Source: Dimorphilus gyrociliatus (taxonomy: Eukaryota; Animalia; Annelida). From it: DNA of 64,000 bases. The notes beneath the pieces were generated by a model, which saw only the letters and a program-made list of their open reading frames with translations, was not told where the DNA came from and did not search any database. This document shows, in pieces, positions 38,650-50,812 of the stretch. Within the stretch, counting starts at the first letter, position 1, and every line of letters starts with the position of its first letter. The stretch lies in the NCBI GenBank assembly GCA_904063045.1, contig CAJFCJ010000009.1, forward strand, positions 2,046,968-2,110,967, given 5' to 3'. The position numbers and the translations under genes are program-made.

Positions 38650-38912
38650 AGTTAAAATATCCTTTCACAAGAGTAACAATCAGAAAATCATTTCTACAGG
38701 TAAGGTATTGCCAGTTTATAGTTAAAGAGCTGTATTTTTCACCTGAACAAACAGGTTCAAAGCGCCTCCTATAAAATTGTAAGGGAAAATGGGCCTCTGG
38801 ATAGGGCACCACACTATTGACCTTGACCCGTGACAAACGTGGTCGGTTTTATTTTTTTTTTCTTTTGTGTAACGTTTGGTGAAGCTTAAGGAATTTTAAC
38901 TACAATACAATC

Positions 38913-40268
38913 ATGGGGATCTTGGACAAAATTGCTGAGATTGAATCCGAGGTAATATTAATCAATTTGTTTGTTGTAGAAAGATATTTTAATACGATGT
39001 TAAACAGATGGCTAGAACCCAACGAAATAAGGCAACCATGGGTCATCTTGGTCTATTAAAGGCCAGATTAGCAAAGCTTCGCCGTGAATTAATTGAACCT
39101 AAAGGTGGTGGCGGTGGCGCAGCAGGGGAAGGCTTTGATGTTGCCAAGACAGGAGACGCTAGAATCGGATTTGTTGGCTTTCCTTCTGTGGGAAAATCAA
39201 CTCTCTTAACAAATTTAGCTGGCGTCTATTCCGAAGTTGCAGCCTATGAATTCACGACTCTGACAACTGTTCCTGGTGTTATTCGTTATAAAGGAGCCAG
39301 AGTCCAACTTCTCGATCTTCCTGGTATTATAGAGGGCGCTAAAGACGGTAAAGGAAGAGGAAAACAAGTTATAGCTGTGGCAAGAACATGCAGTCTCATA
39401 TTCATCGTTCTTGATGTCCTCAAACCGCTGCAGCATAAACGCCTCATTGAATATGAATTGGAGGGTTTCGGTATCCGACTTAATAAGAAACCTCCAAACA
39501 TATACTTTAAAAGAAAGGACAAAGGTGGAGTAAACTTGACATCGACTGTAAGTATATCGTCTGTTCCAAGTATACAAAACACATACAACCTAACGTGTTT
39601 TTCTAGGTAGGACAATCAGAATTGGATTTGGACACCGTGAAATCGATATTAGGGGAATACCGTATACATAATGCGGACGTTACACTTCGCTATGACGCCT
39701 CTGTTGAAGATTTGGTTGACGTTATTGAAGGAAATAGAATATATATACCATGTGTCTATGTTCTGAACAAAATTGATCAAATTTCAATTGAGGTATGTTC
39801 TTACTAGAAAAAGATTTAGGAAAATTGAATTGAGATCATTTCTCCAATGACAATTTCAAAATCTTTTTAGGAACTAGATATCATTAGTAAAGTTCCTCAT
39901 TGCGTTCCTATTTCGGCTCATCATAAATGGAATTTCGATGATTTATTAGAAAAAATGTGGGAGTACCTTAGCTTAACTAGGATGTTGGTATTATTATATT
40001 AAAGGTTAATTAAACTTATTTGACATTTTCATGAATTTTTCTCAGTTATACCAAGCCAAAAGGACAATTACCTGATTACAAAAGTCCAGTTGTATTAAGA
40101 TTAGAGCAGACAACTGTAGAAGACTTTTGCAATAAATTGCACAGGAGCATTATGAAAGAGTTCAAGTACGCTCTTGTATGGGGCTCATCTGTAAAGCATC
40201 AACCTCAAAAAGTTGGTAAAGACCACGTCTTAGAGGATGAAGATGTCGTACAGATTGTTAAAAAGTAA
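38913..40268 (+). CDS. DRG1: Developmentally regulated GTP-binding protein 1
   Basis: [74 protein letters not shown] and TGS tail [12 protein letters not shown]. Confidence 0.95.
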
Positions 40269-40585
40269 GTTTATTAATAGAGCTAACGCCCTTTTAGTTA
40301 ATTTTGTGCTTTTTGTTTAAACAGGGTCTAAGAAAATGAAACATTTTCAACTCAAAAAATATATTTCTTTCTTTTGAACTATTATCTAAATAAATATGCT
40401 TGTTACGTTAAATAACAATCACATCAAGTATTCAAATATACTATCTGCAGTGATTCTATTTATATATTCATTTTTAAACGTTAGATGGCGCTTCGATTCT
40501 TTTATAAACGGGTACCTTAGTCCACATACTATTAGTCCAGTTGCTTTTGGAACGTAACACTTACCGAAACCTTTGCTGCGTAATA

Positions 40586-40843
40586 ATGGCGGACGCTCAA
40601 CAGCAAAACATTTATCAAGCATCTACGCCAAATAATTGCCAAGATAACGTTGACCATTCGAATATTGAGAGACAACAAGTAGAACGCACTCTTACGGACC
40701 ACTTAAACAAGAGATTATTAAATTCCTACTTAGAACAGCTCAATTTAAGCGAAAATAATAGCAACGTTGGACAGTCACGCCCTGGTGCTGTACTGCAAAA
40801 TCAGCAAGCAACGCCGTCCGCTTGGAACCAAAAGCTTTTATAG
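40586..40843 (+). CDS. 85-aa single-exon ORF of unknown function immediately upstream of NMRK
   Basis: ATG in good context (ATAATGGC). Disordered Q/N-rich protein with a predicted amphipathic helix ERTLTDHLNKRLLNSYLEQL. A YY1-like AGATGGCG lies ~100 bp upstream. Confidence 0.6.
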   Translation: MADAQQQNIYQASTPNNCQDNVDHSNIERQQVERTLTDHLNKRLLNSYLEQLNLSENNSNVGQSRPGAVLQNQQATPSAWNQKLL

Positions 40844-40874
40844 TCTTGACTTTCACTTATCATATCTCGGTATT

Positions 40875-42007
40875 ATGGTAGTTATCGTTGTAGGAATATC
40901 TGGGTATGTTATGCAGTAAATCGACACTTAGCTGTTGATCACGTGACTAATGCATTTTCATCGAGATGCTAAAAAGCTTTTAGCACAGTGAATTAAATGA
41001 GAATACAGAAAAATTAAACCTAATAAAGTAAAATAAACGTTTTTAGAGATTCGCTCATTTGTATATATTTTTTTTCTAATTGTACTATCTATATAGCGCA
41101 CTCTGTTACTAAGCAATAAAAGGATAAAATTATTAGATGGACAGCATGCCTAAAACTTAATCGATGAGCTATCGACATCTATTTGCCATAGAGAATCCTT
41201 TATACATTATTTGCAATTAAAATATAACTTATCGATACAAAAGCTTAGTCACGGGATATTTATTGTATATTCCATATGATATATGTCCTAAACAAGAATG
41301 AATACTTAATGAAACTGCAGTAACGACCTAATTTTACATTATAGGGCTACCAACAGCGGAAAAACGACATTGTGTAACCGTCTAACAGAACACTTTGGTC
41401 ACAAATCCACTACTTTGTCTATGGATGATTTTTATTTAGATAATCATGACTGCAGACTTGATCGAGTTCCTGAATTAAATTGTTATAATTGGGAGAATAT
41501 GAATTCTGTTGATATATCTGCTATGACTGAAAAACTAACAGAATATGTGAGTCTATATGAAAATTCTTCAGATGTTAACATTATATTTGTAGAGGGTATT
41601 TTGGTTTTTAATTACGAGTGGGTGTTCCTCCCTTTAAAAATTGAATCGAACAGATATTTATAACCTTTTAACCTTTTGTACCAAACAGACCTTTGTTGAC
41701 GTTCTTCAACAAAAAGTATTTTCTACTAATTGATAAAGATGAATGCCGTCGCAGAAGATCGTAAGTTTTTTTTTATTATAGATGTGCGAACTGTGGTCTA
41801 ATTTAAATTTTAAACAGAACAAGAATTTACGATCCTCCCGACGTTCCAGGATACTTTGATTTGGTTGTATGGCCAGAATATTTAAATATAAAAAATTATG
41901 TGGAAAATGTACCCGAAGTCAATTTCATAGACGGAACAAACAACGCTAAATCGCTTTTCCAAAAGGTGGCTCAAGATATTCAGATGCTTATTGATAAATG
42001 TAAATGA
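40875..42007 (+). CDS. NMRK1: Nicotinamide riboside kinase (NMRK1/2-type)
   Basis: Exon 1 MVVIVVGISG is spliced (intron 40904-41344) to ATNSGKTTL, giving the P-loop. Also MDDFY, VEGILVF, ECRRRRSTRIY.PPDVPGYFDLVVWPEY. Paralog assignment 1 versus 2 cannot be decided. Confidence 0.9.
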
Positions 42008-42406
42008 CGTGGCTTTTTTAATTCCAATATATTATAGCTAATTCGTTGTTTAGCTTATTGTTATATTGTTCAATACATTGACTTTTAATTTAAAATTGTA
42101 ATGGAAGAAACAAATTATACTACCTATTGTATATAAAGGAGGAATATCTCTCTTGTGTATTTTCGGTAATTTGAGCAGAGTTTGAAAGATAACTACGTTC
42201 GATTTTTGTCAAAAAAAAGACTATAGAAACAAAATTAAAGAGTAACGAAAGGCTTAGTATATATATAGTGCACAGAAAGAAAATAATTCAATCTGTAAAC
42301 CTTGCTTTGGCACGAATTATTTACATAAAAAGAGTACAAATAGAACAATAAACAGGTAACGAAAAAGTTTAACCTTAAAAAAAGAAAAAGAGGAAATATT
42401 CTTGCT

Positions 42407-45400
42407 TTAATAAGTGTGTATGGGCGGTGCGCTTTCCGGACGATATGGAGAATTGGAACGATTGACGAGCCTACCGACACTAGAGGCTTGGTGAGCTAAT
42501 TCTCGCCTTTTTTGTAATACAGTTTCCCGATGGAGTTTTTCCTCTTCGACACTATGCTTTGAATTAAAACCAGTTGGTGCTGAGTAATCTTGAAGGCTTT
42601 GATCCGCTAGCAAGGCTCTCAATTTTTCCGCTCTAGCGTTCCTCTCGGCCTTTTCCTCTGGTGTTTCGTCTCTTTTATAGTCATCAACCTCAGGAATGTA
42701 GCGGATAGGTATCGGAACCTTTTCAGGGATATCTAGGACTTCTCTTTCAAAGTCATTTGGATCAAAAGAGAATTCCTTTTGCTTTACAGACGACAAAAAC
42801 GATCTGGGAAGAGACTGGGAGCGCTGCAGATTATAAAAAGCCGGTGGGGGAGGAGGGCGTGGTGGTTGTTCATTCGAGTATAGGCGCTCTTTTCGGGCTA
42901 CCTCTCTCTTTTTTACTTCTCTAACCGTACTTGCCTTTCTGGCTTTTGCGGCCGTTATACCAAAATATCTCTTTGTATTCTCGTCAGCCTCGCTGATGTC
43001 AAAGTGAGAGATAGCCACCTCATTATCTTCATTTCTATGATCGCCATTTTCTTCTCTCTTCCATAAACTATTAAGGTCGGGTGTCGAATGTCTTAATTTT
43101 ACCATTGCCTCCGATAGCTTACTCTGGCGGGTACTGAGCGTATCTAATACGCTATTCAATTGAGGCATCGAGCTAGGAATCGATTTGGCTGCCTTTAAAA
43201 GAAGGCTAGGAGAACTAACGCTTCTACTCAGGTCGTTAACTTTTTTAAGGGCCAAAATTTCATCTTCAACCAAACGACTTTGAGATGCTAAATATTCTAC
43301 TTGAGAACTCGCATCAGCTAATTGATGACGAACGCTTCTAATTTCCGACTCTAACTTGGCCCGATGAGATGGTTGAGTCGTCCTAGCTAATGAACGTTCG
43401 AGAAGTAGTAGATCATCGTGTAAGGAAGTAACTACGTAACTTTTTTGCTGCAGTTCGACATCCAATTGGTGTTGCCTCTCTAATAGATCATTCATGTTCA
43501 TATCCGTATGATTTGCTTGATAACTAAGATTTCGCCTATTTCTCTCTTTTAATTCCCTCTCCTGTCTTTGCCGGGACCACTCAATCATTGGCTTTGGTGC
43601 AGTCCACTCTCCTTGCTTAAGTTTATGTTGCTTGTATTGAGTCCGAAACATATTCTGCTCGCCATCATATAAACTACCTAACGTAACTAAATTATCAACA
43701 AGATTTATTAATGGGGCGTATACTTCTGTATTAACGCTTGAATTAGGCCTGCTTTGCTGTTTTAATTGTGCCTGTGCTCTTCTAAGTTGAATTAACAAAA
43801 GGACAAGTTCTTCTTGAGTTTTTCCTATCAAATCAACTGCGGAAATACTTAACCTACCACCCGGTTGCCACTTATTCTGAGTGTTTCTCTCCGGACGAGG
43901 CATAGGTGGTGTGCGAAGGGTTGAGTCTGTTTCCGGTATTGTATGCATAACTGTTGTATTAGATTTCGTCACAGGCGTGTAACGATCTGGCGATGGTGGT
44001 GGTTTCTGATGACGTAAATAATGAGGCAAAGGCCTGGAATAAATAGCTTCGGCGTTGTTATTATTGATTTCCTCATCATTAACGTATGTATGATCTCGAC
44101 TTCTGTTCAATCGGCTTTTGTGTGAATCCAAATGCTGCCAATTTTCGCTGTCAGTCCCCCTCGAACGGATTTCACTCTTTTCCGGTGTTTTAGTATGATA
44201 TTGGCGGCTAGAATCTAAATTAGTTCTCTCAGGATATGAAGGTTTTTCGTAAGGTTCGACAGAAGCTACTGATGCAGGAACACAAAAATAGCTTAAAGCT
44301 TCCATCCAACCCCTCCATTCTCGTTCGCTATCTGCAGCCATGTAGACGGCCCGCATACGATGTTCCAGCTGTAGATAATATTGAGTTTTTGTTAATTTGG
44401 ATTTGTAAAAAGTGCATAAATTTGACAGATGCAGGATTATGTTTCGCTTAAAAAAGAACTAAAAAAAAACTAAAGGTATATATTACCTTAAAAGCGTATG
44501 GCTTTGAGAGGTCAGAACAAGCGCTAAGAATATAGGTACTTAAAACTAGAGATGCTAAGGCGTCTTTTTGTCCTGCGGTTTTCTCGTCTGTCACACGGAA
44601 AATCGAATTTACAGATTGAAAAGAGGCATGTGAAGAAGCGTAATTACCGTTGTAGATATGCAGGATGCCGTCTATTAAAGAGCAATAGCGCCATTTCCAA
44701 GCTTGTGAGCCGACGCCTTCCTAAGAATAGGAGAATATAACCTTCTTTTACAATACTAGTCAATAGCAATTTCATGTTTTCAATATAATACCTGTTTATA
44801 CAGCCATCCACTAATAATAGATCCTGTCCTTTGCGATTGAGATCTGTCGGAAATGGTATAAATCTTAGAATGAGATAAGCCTATTTACTCTAAATTGACA
44901 TAAAAAGTATCTTTTCTTTTTTATCCTTCCCGTTCCCTTCTCAGCCCCTTTCTTCTTTCTTACCTATTCAAGCCATTGTTCGGAACCGGACGTTCAAACG
45001 TTGTTACTCCACGGCGATGGCTGTTGAATGACAAACAAACAAATTTGACGTCGGTCAATACTAAAAAATATTCATATATGCTTATAATTTTATTTAATTA
45101 TATCTTATATCACGTGACCAATTCTATATAAGTGTGATGGTTTTTTTTATTATAATAATAAGAAGTAATATCGAATGTTTAATTTACTTACTCTACGTAA
45201 TATAAGGCTCCTGCCGCCGTTACTCCGCTTTCCCAGAAGTCCGGTAAATCTGTTTAAATAATCGAATATCGTGATAAAAGTGGCCTACAAACACTTGAGA
45301 AATTTACAACGCGACTCTTCTAGACGGTATCATAATGTATGTTCAATAGGTAAAAACGTAGGCCAACACGAACAAAAATAATACTTTCTACTATTTAATT

Positions 45401-45689
45401 ATTTTTTGAATAATTAATTCTTGTAAAATATAAATTGGTTAACTGAATAGTTCTTACCTTCGTCTGGCATATAACCCGATTGTATACAGTATCCATTTGG
45501 ATGCAACCAACTCGTCTCCCTTGAGTGCTCACTGAAAAACGATCATTCAAAAATAAATTGAATAGTTCAAAATGGTGGCATAAACTTGATATGTTACTTA
45601 ATAAAGAAGATACGGCCATCGTTAGTAGCTGCAACGCTCCAAAAATCAGGCAAAGGGTCGATGCCGTACTGTCCTTTTACGGAAGACAT
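42407..45689 (-). CDS. PLEKHA7: PLEKHA5/6/7-family protein (WW-WW-PH-coiled coil)
   Basis: WW1 LPDFWSVAATNDGRIFFIN/EHSRETSWLHP; WW2 LPDFWESGVTAAGALYYVD/HRRGVTTFERP; PH GWLYKQ...WKWRY...YMAADSEREWRGWMEAL; family motifs DLIGKTQEELVLLLIQLRR and LDIPEKVPIPIRYIPE. Confidence 0.85.
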
Positions 45690-45934
45690 TATCAACTCTT
45701 TATTTTTGGCGCCTGCACCTGCACCATTTTCCACGCGATTTGTTTATACGTGGGCAGATAAAATGTTAGAATCAACACCAAGCGAACTACACTTCTGGAG
45801 TGCGAAAATGGCCGCTAGAGGAATTCTATACGCGCTTCCATGCCTCTATACGTTTATAGTCGGTGTCATTTGGTAGCGCCATCAAGTGGTAGAGAATGTC
45901 CCTTACCAGTTTCTATTACTAGGAACGCTTAAAC

Positions 45935-48496
45935 ATGACACCGCAACAGTATTTAGGTACATTTCAATGATTGTAACAAAAAATCCAAGCTCTTTTAACA
46001 TCATTTCACGTCCATTTTCAATTGAGTTTTGTTTACACAGAGAAACATTTCATAAATGTCTATTTGGAGGACGCGGTCACTCAGCTTCTTGAGCATAAAG
46101 ATGAAACTCAAAAAGTAAATGTTTACAACTTTATGGCTGATTAGTTAGTATAATAATTCATTATAGTACAAGCACGTTTTAATATAAAAAACATTCTACT
46201 ACAGTTTTCAGAGTGTAAAGAATGGTAAACACACGCTATTTCGTTCTTATTCATACGTTAGTGCGACTCCTCATAATCGCGCTAGTATGGTTCAAACATT
46301 TGGCTCTTGGTTGAGAAGGGTAGCAACAAACGGTGAATTATTGAGCATTGCTGAATATCATTCTTTGCTGAAATTAATATGTCCGGACTTCCCACTGTCA
46401 ATCGTTAAGAAAGCAGCAAGGTTTTTCTATAAACCCTAATCCGAACTTAATCACTATTTATCTTCGCAATTTCCTCTATACAGAATTGTTTTAATGGACG
46501 ACGCCACTGATTGTTCTATGTCGTTTACAGACTTTTTATATGCGTTCCAATTACAATTTGTCTACGACGGTATAGGCATAAATTATATTTTAATGATGTT
46601 TGCCTAAACAATATTTTCAAATAGAATTCTTAACGACTACTAAAGATATATTCCTCGGTTTTCACGACAAAGGCAGACGAAATAGTACGGGAAGTATAAC
46701 CTCGAGGCCTGTTGTCGTTCCAACATCTGAAACGGAGAAAAGCGAAGAGGATACTAAACCCCAAGAATCAACTTCTCTAAATCTTCCAATAGATAGCTCA
46801 TCATTTCTATCAACGTTGCTTTCAGTAGTTGAAAAGTATATGAATGATAAGTTAGTAAAAAAAAGAACGTATACGCTATATATCTGTATTTAAAAAATAA
46901 CGTAAAAAAAATCCCAGATAAATTAAGTAAAGATGCTTCTCTTTTCCTTTTCTTTAGTACTTTCTCTGTAGAGCGTATACCACCGATATCGGTTCTGGAG
47001 AAGATACTGAAAAATTCCGAAAAGATAACCTATTATGAATTTTTATTAGCACTCACAAAATCGGATGATCTCAATAAGTCAATAGGTAGATTGCTTCCAA
47101 GAATGGAATTTGCAAAAATCCATAATTTAGCAGGAACTGAAACAGAAGTTGTAAGGTAAGATTTGTTCAGTAATACTGTATATAAAAATTTTCCTATTTA
47201 TATATTTTCAATCAATTTATTTTAATTAAAATGTAATGAAACGTTTCTATACGTACTATTAAACAACTTAAGATGATAATAAACTATTGCAGTCACGTTT
47301 TTTCTACTGAAAATCACATGACTTTTTTTTTTCTATCAAAAACTTAGAGCTATATTACAAAACTATTTTGATTTTAATGGATTTATACTTAAGGCCTCTC
47401 CCACATCTCCTTTTTCTCTTTCTTTCACTCACTCACTCTCTCCTCTCTCTCTCTCTTTGTCACTTTTACCCCTGCACTACAATCTCCATATCCTCTTAAT
47501 TATACAATAATTGTTATCTAGTCTTTTTTCCACTGTCCTATTATCTTGCATGTCTTTTCCCTACTTTTAAAATATATTTATAACAATATGAAATATATTT
47601 TATAAAACTAACCAAACAAAATAACAAACAAAAAACAAATGCAAATGCACTGTAGTGCTCCGGCATACCATTTGTACTGTACACATGGAAAAATCACGGA
47701 TCAACACCAATCGCCTTCTGTAAGTCATAAGCACGTTATATTTACCTCTTTCAACAGATTTATTATGCATATATATTCATTATATTCATATATATTAAAA
47801 AAAACTACTCCTTCAAGTTTTAATATCACTCTATAGTTAATTATAATCATGATTGTTTTAATTGAATTTCTTCTCTTCTAAATTCAGCAATTCGATTATT
47901 TTATAATCACACTATTTTCTATTCAGCATGAAAAAGCAAAATGAAAAAAAAGATGATTTCTTTTGCTGCATACAAAAAGTATTGATTTGCATAAAAAATT
48001 AAGCGATATAACCACTTATTTATCTTTTTATAATTTCTAATTAAGATAAGAATTATAATAGCTTTGTCACAATAGTTTGATTTTTCCCTTGATCCATATC
48101 ACACATTCTCCCTTGCCTCCCTCCTCCCCCTCCCTCTCTCTCTCTGTCTCTCTCTCATTCTCTATTCATTGAACCAGGCAGTATATTCCTCTTTTATATA
48201 GCTTTTTTTGCAACAGATGATAAACAATAGATACCAAGTAATTCTTTTATCAAAACACCCTTTTGTATTTAAAGAGGTATGTAACAGCTTCCTTTTCTCT
48301 CTTTCTTTTGAACAGCTCGAGGCAAGCAGAAGCGACACAACATCAAACAACTGAAGTTAATGACGAATTACGTAATCCTACTCAAGCAAAGAGCGTAATA
48401 ACTGGACCAAGGAGGCGTTCAAGAATACAAGTCCACCAAGACAGCGATGATGAAAGCATTAGTTGTGGTAGTACTAATAGTTCTGCTTCAACGTAG
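45935..48496 (+). CDS. CSTPP1: Centriolar satellite-associated tubulin polyglutamylase complex regulator 1 (C11orf49/UPF0705)
   Basis: YLEDAVTQLLEH, YFQSVKNGKHTLFR, ATPHNRAS, EYHSLLKLICPDFP and IVLMDDATDCSMSFTDFLYAFQLQF match C11orf49. The last exon 48316-48496 joins in phase 2 through a 1.16-kb intron; if unspliced, the ORF stops at 47159. Confidence 0.85.
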
Positions 48497-48871
48497 AGTG
48501 CACTTAAATAAGATTAGAAATCAAACATAGACTTGCACAGTTTTATATAAATATTAAGTCACTTTTTATTTTAAAAGTAATAACTATGTAAATAAAATTC
48601 ATTGACCGAAAAATTTGATCGATATTCCCTAAGTAAATGGATCTTTATTAACAGTTGAATTTCGCGCGCTTTTCTATTCCATTCATACGACTATAGTGAC
48701 ATCTATATGTAGACACTAACGCAATTGAAAATGGCTTCGAAAAGATTAATTGTTCTAATGTTTTCGATAAAAATTCGCCGATTTTGATCAAATGACTAGT
48801 CCGGGTAAACATTAAATATATATTTATACGTAATCACTTTAAAGGCAACACCAAACAGACACTGAAAAATC

Positions 48872-50560
48872 ATGTTAGAGTCGCTTAGAGGATATCTATA
48901 TGCAGCAACTGCTCCTATTCGACTAGTTTTTACTATTATAATCACCGTTTGCAGAACAATTAATACAGGAATTATTAACTTTCTTCACTTGCTTATTAAA
49001 ATATATAAAAGAATACTATCTTTCTTCCAAGCCATACGGGATACTATTAAACGTACAAAGAATGGAATAAAATCTTCATTTTGGTCAAATATTGACAGAC
49101 TGAAGAGAACATATTACTGGATATTATCATTAAGAAGACGATCTTTAGAATTAATTTGTCAAATTAGAATAGATCTGCTGAAATTTATTCAAAATGTTAA
49201 ATTCAAAGCTAAGAAAAGTGTTCAAAGCTACAGAAAACGTATAAAGGCATGGGGATTTCAATTGAAAGACAGTTCAGTACATGTCTGTAAAGATAATTAC
49301 AAGAAATTTATGAATCTGAGTCGGCTAAATCGGTTGATGTTACTTTTCCTCCTTTCTGGAATTATGGTCTTTGTTATATTAGTTATTATAATATTATATG
49401 ATATTCACACCGATAACCTTCAAGGTGCTGCCAGTAAATGGAGAAATTTTATCAAATTACTAAAAGCTTGTAGATTTTACTTAAAAAGCGCTGCTCTATT
49501 TATACTACATCATAGTTGGATGACATTAATACTATTGATAAAGCTATCATGGTTGACCTTAAGCACCCTTTTAGTTCTATTATATAACATATTTTGTTGG
49601 TTATTCGCTAATTTAGTTAACTGCTCAAAATTTCTCGCAAAAGCTCTGCAAAATCTCTGTTTCGATTTCTACGAACATGGAACAGTAGCTTTATTTCGAG
49701 CGGCTATTTCTACTTTCTACTTTACTAAGGATTTTACATGGGAACTACTTCAGGCGACAGGGCGAAAGAGTATTGATATTTTAAAGGGAACTTCCAAGTT
49801 TTTATCTATTTCCTATGATTTCACTGTTAGTACTACAAAAACAGTCGCGGATGCTACTAACCAAGTTTCACAAACCACATGGATTTGGAGTAAAGTTACT
49901 TTTCAATGGATTAAATGGTTTATTATACAAGTTACAACTTTTATCGTCTATTTTTTTAATGAATGGGCGTTCGATTGGATAAAATTTAGTCTTTTAAGTC
50001 TATATAAAATGATTTACGCATCTCTACATATAGTCTATAAGTTTATGAACCAGTTTTTTATTTCAACCTGTAATTTTACAACTTCTTTCATAAGTCATAT
50101 ATACAATGGAACTTACCTAATGGTATCATTTGTTGTAAATTTCTTTACCGGATTTACTGGAGCTACCAGAGGCATTGCAAATGGTCTAGTCTTTGTAATT
50201 AGAGGAATTTTTTCAACAATAGTTTTTGGTATGGAAAGTACCGTTGGAGTTTACACATCAACTATGTCAAAGTACAACAATATCAGAGAATTGATTTTTA
50301 TATTTGCCATTTCTCTCTTTTGCGTTTATTGCTCATCGCTAGCGTATGATAGACAACAAAGTAAGAGCAAAGAGGAGGAGGAGGAGGAAAGTGACGATGA
50401 AACCCTTGAAAAATTATATCCAGTGGCAAAATCTAAGCTAATGCCAACCTATGATAATCCTATGTTAGACGAATCCGATACGGATAGTGAAATAGGTTTT
50501 AAGGATGAAGTCGTCCCAGACATAAATACAGAGACTAATTCAACAGACGAGGAGTTATAA
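48872..50560 (+). CDS. 562-aa single-exon orphan membrane protein with long 11-residue-periodic amphipathic helices and an acidic C-tail
   Basis: A 1689-bp ORF in a ~70% AT background. Strong hydrophobic segments at aa ~155-176 and ~473-492; acidic tail EEEEESDDE...DESDTDSE...STDEEL. No family recognised. Confidence 0.8.
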   Translation: MLESLRGYLYAATAPIRLVFTIIITVCRTINTGIINFLHLLIKIYKRILSFFQAIRDTIKRTKNGIKSSFWSNIDRLKRTYYWILSLRRRSLELICQIRIDLLKFIQNVKFKAKKSVQSYRKRIKAWGFQLKDSSVHVCKDNYKKFMNLSRLNRLMLLFLLSGIMVFVILVIIILYDIHTDNLQGAASKWRNFIKLLKACRFYLKSAALFILHHSWMTLILLIKLSWLTLSTLLVLLYNIFCWLFANLVNCSKFLAKALQNLCFDFYEHGTVALFRAAISTFYFTKDFTWELLQATGRKSIDILKGTSKFLSISYDFTVSTTKTVADATNQVSQTTWIWSKVTFQWIKWFIIQVTTFIVYFFNEWAFDWIKFSLLSLYKMIYASLHIVYKFMNQFFISTCNFTTSFISHIYNGTYLMVSFVVNFFTGFTGATRGIANGLVFVIRGIFSTIVFGMESTVGVYTSTMSKYNNIRELIFIFAISLFCVYCSSLAYDRQQSKSKEEEEEESDDETLEKLYPVAKSKLMPTYDNPMLDESDTDSEIGFKDEVVPDINTETNSTDEEL

Positions 50561-50812
50561 TCTCATTTCTCTTATATCTCTTTTTTGTCTCATCAGACTG
50601 GTGCTGTGTAAAAACTATTGTCAGCTTTTCTCTTTAAATATACATAAACAAACCTACGTTATTGAATATGTTGCGTTTCTTTGCGTATTTGAATTTCGCG
50701 CCATAACAGGCGTGACTCTATTGCATAGTGAGTTTTCATTATTGCGCTATATTTCCGCTTCCGCTCTTGTGTTGTGAACTCCTTCGAGAAATTCTCTGAT
50801 TGCAGTGGCAAC

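Noticed and set aside
48872-50560. Horizontal transfer of a phage tape-measure gene
   Set aside because: Only the 11-mer periodicity is shared. Base composition matches neighbours, there are no phage genes nearby, and eukaryotic 11-mer proteins exist.
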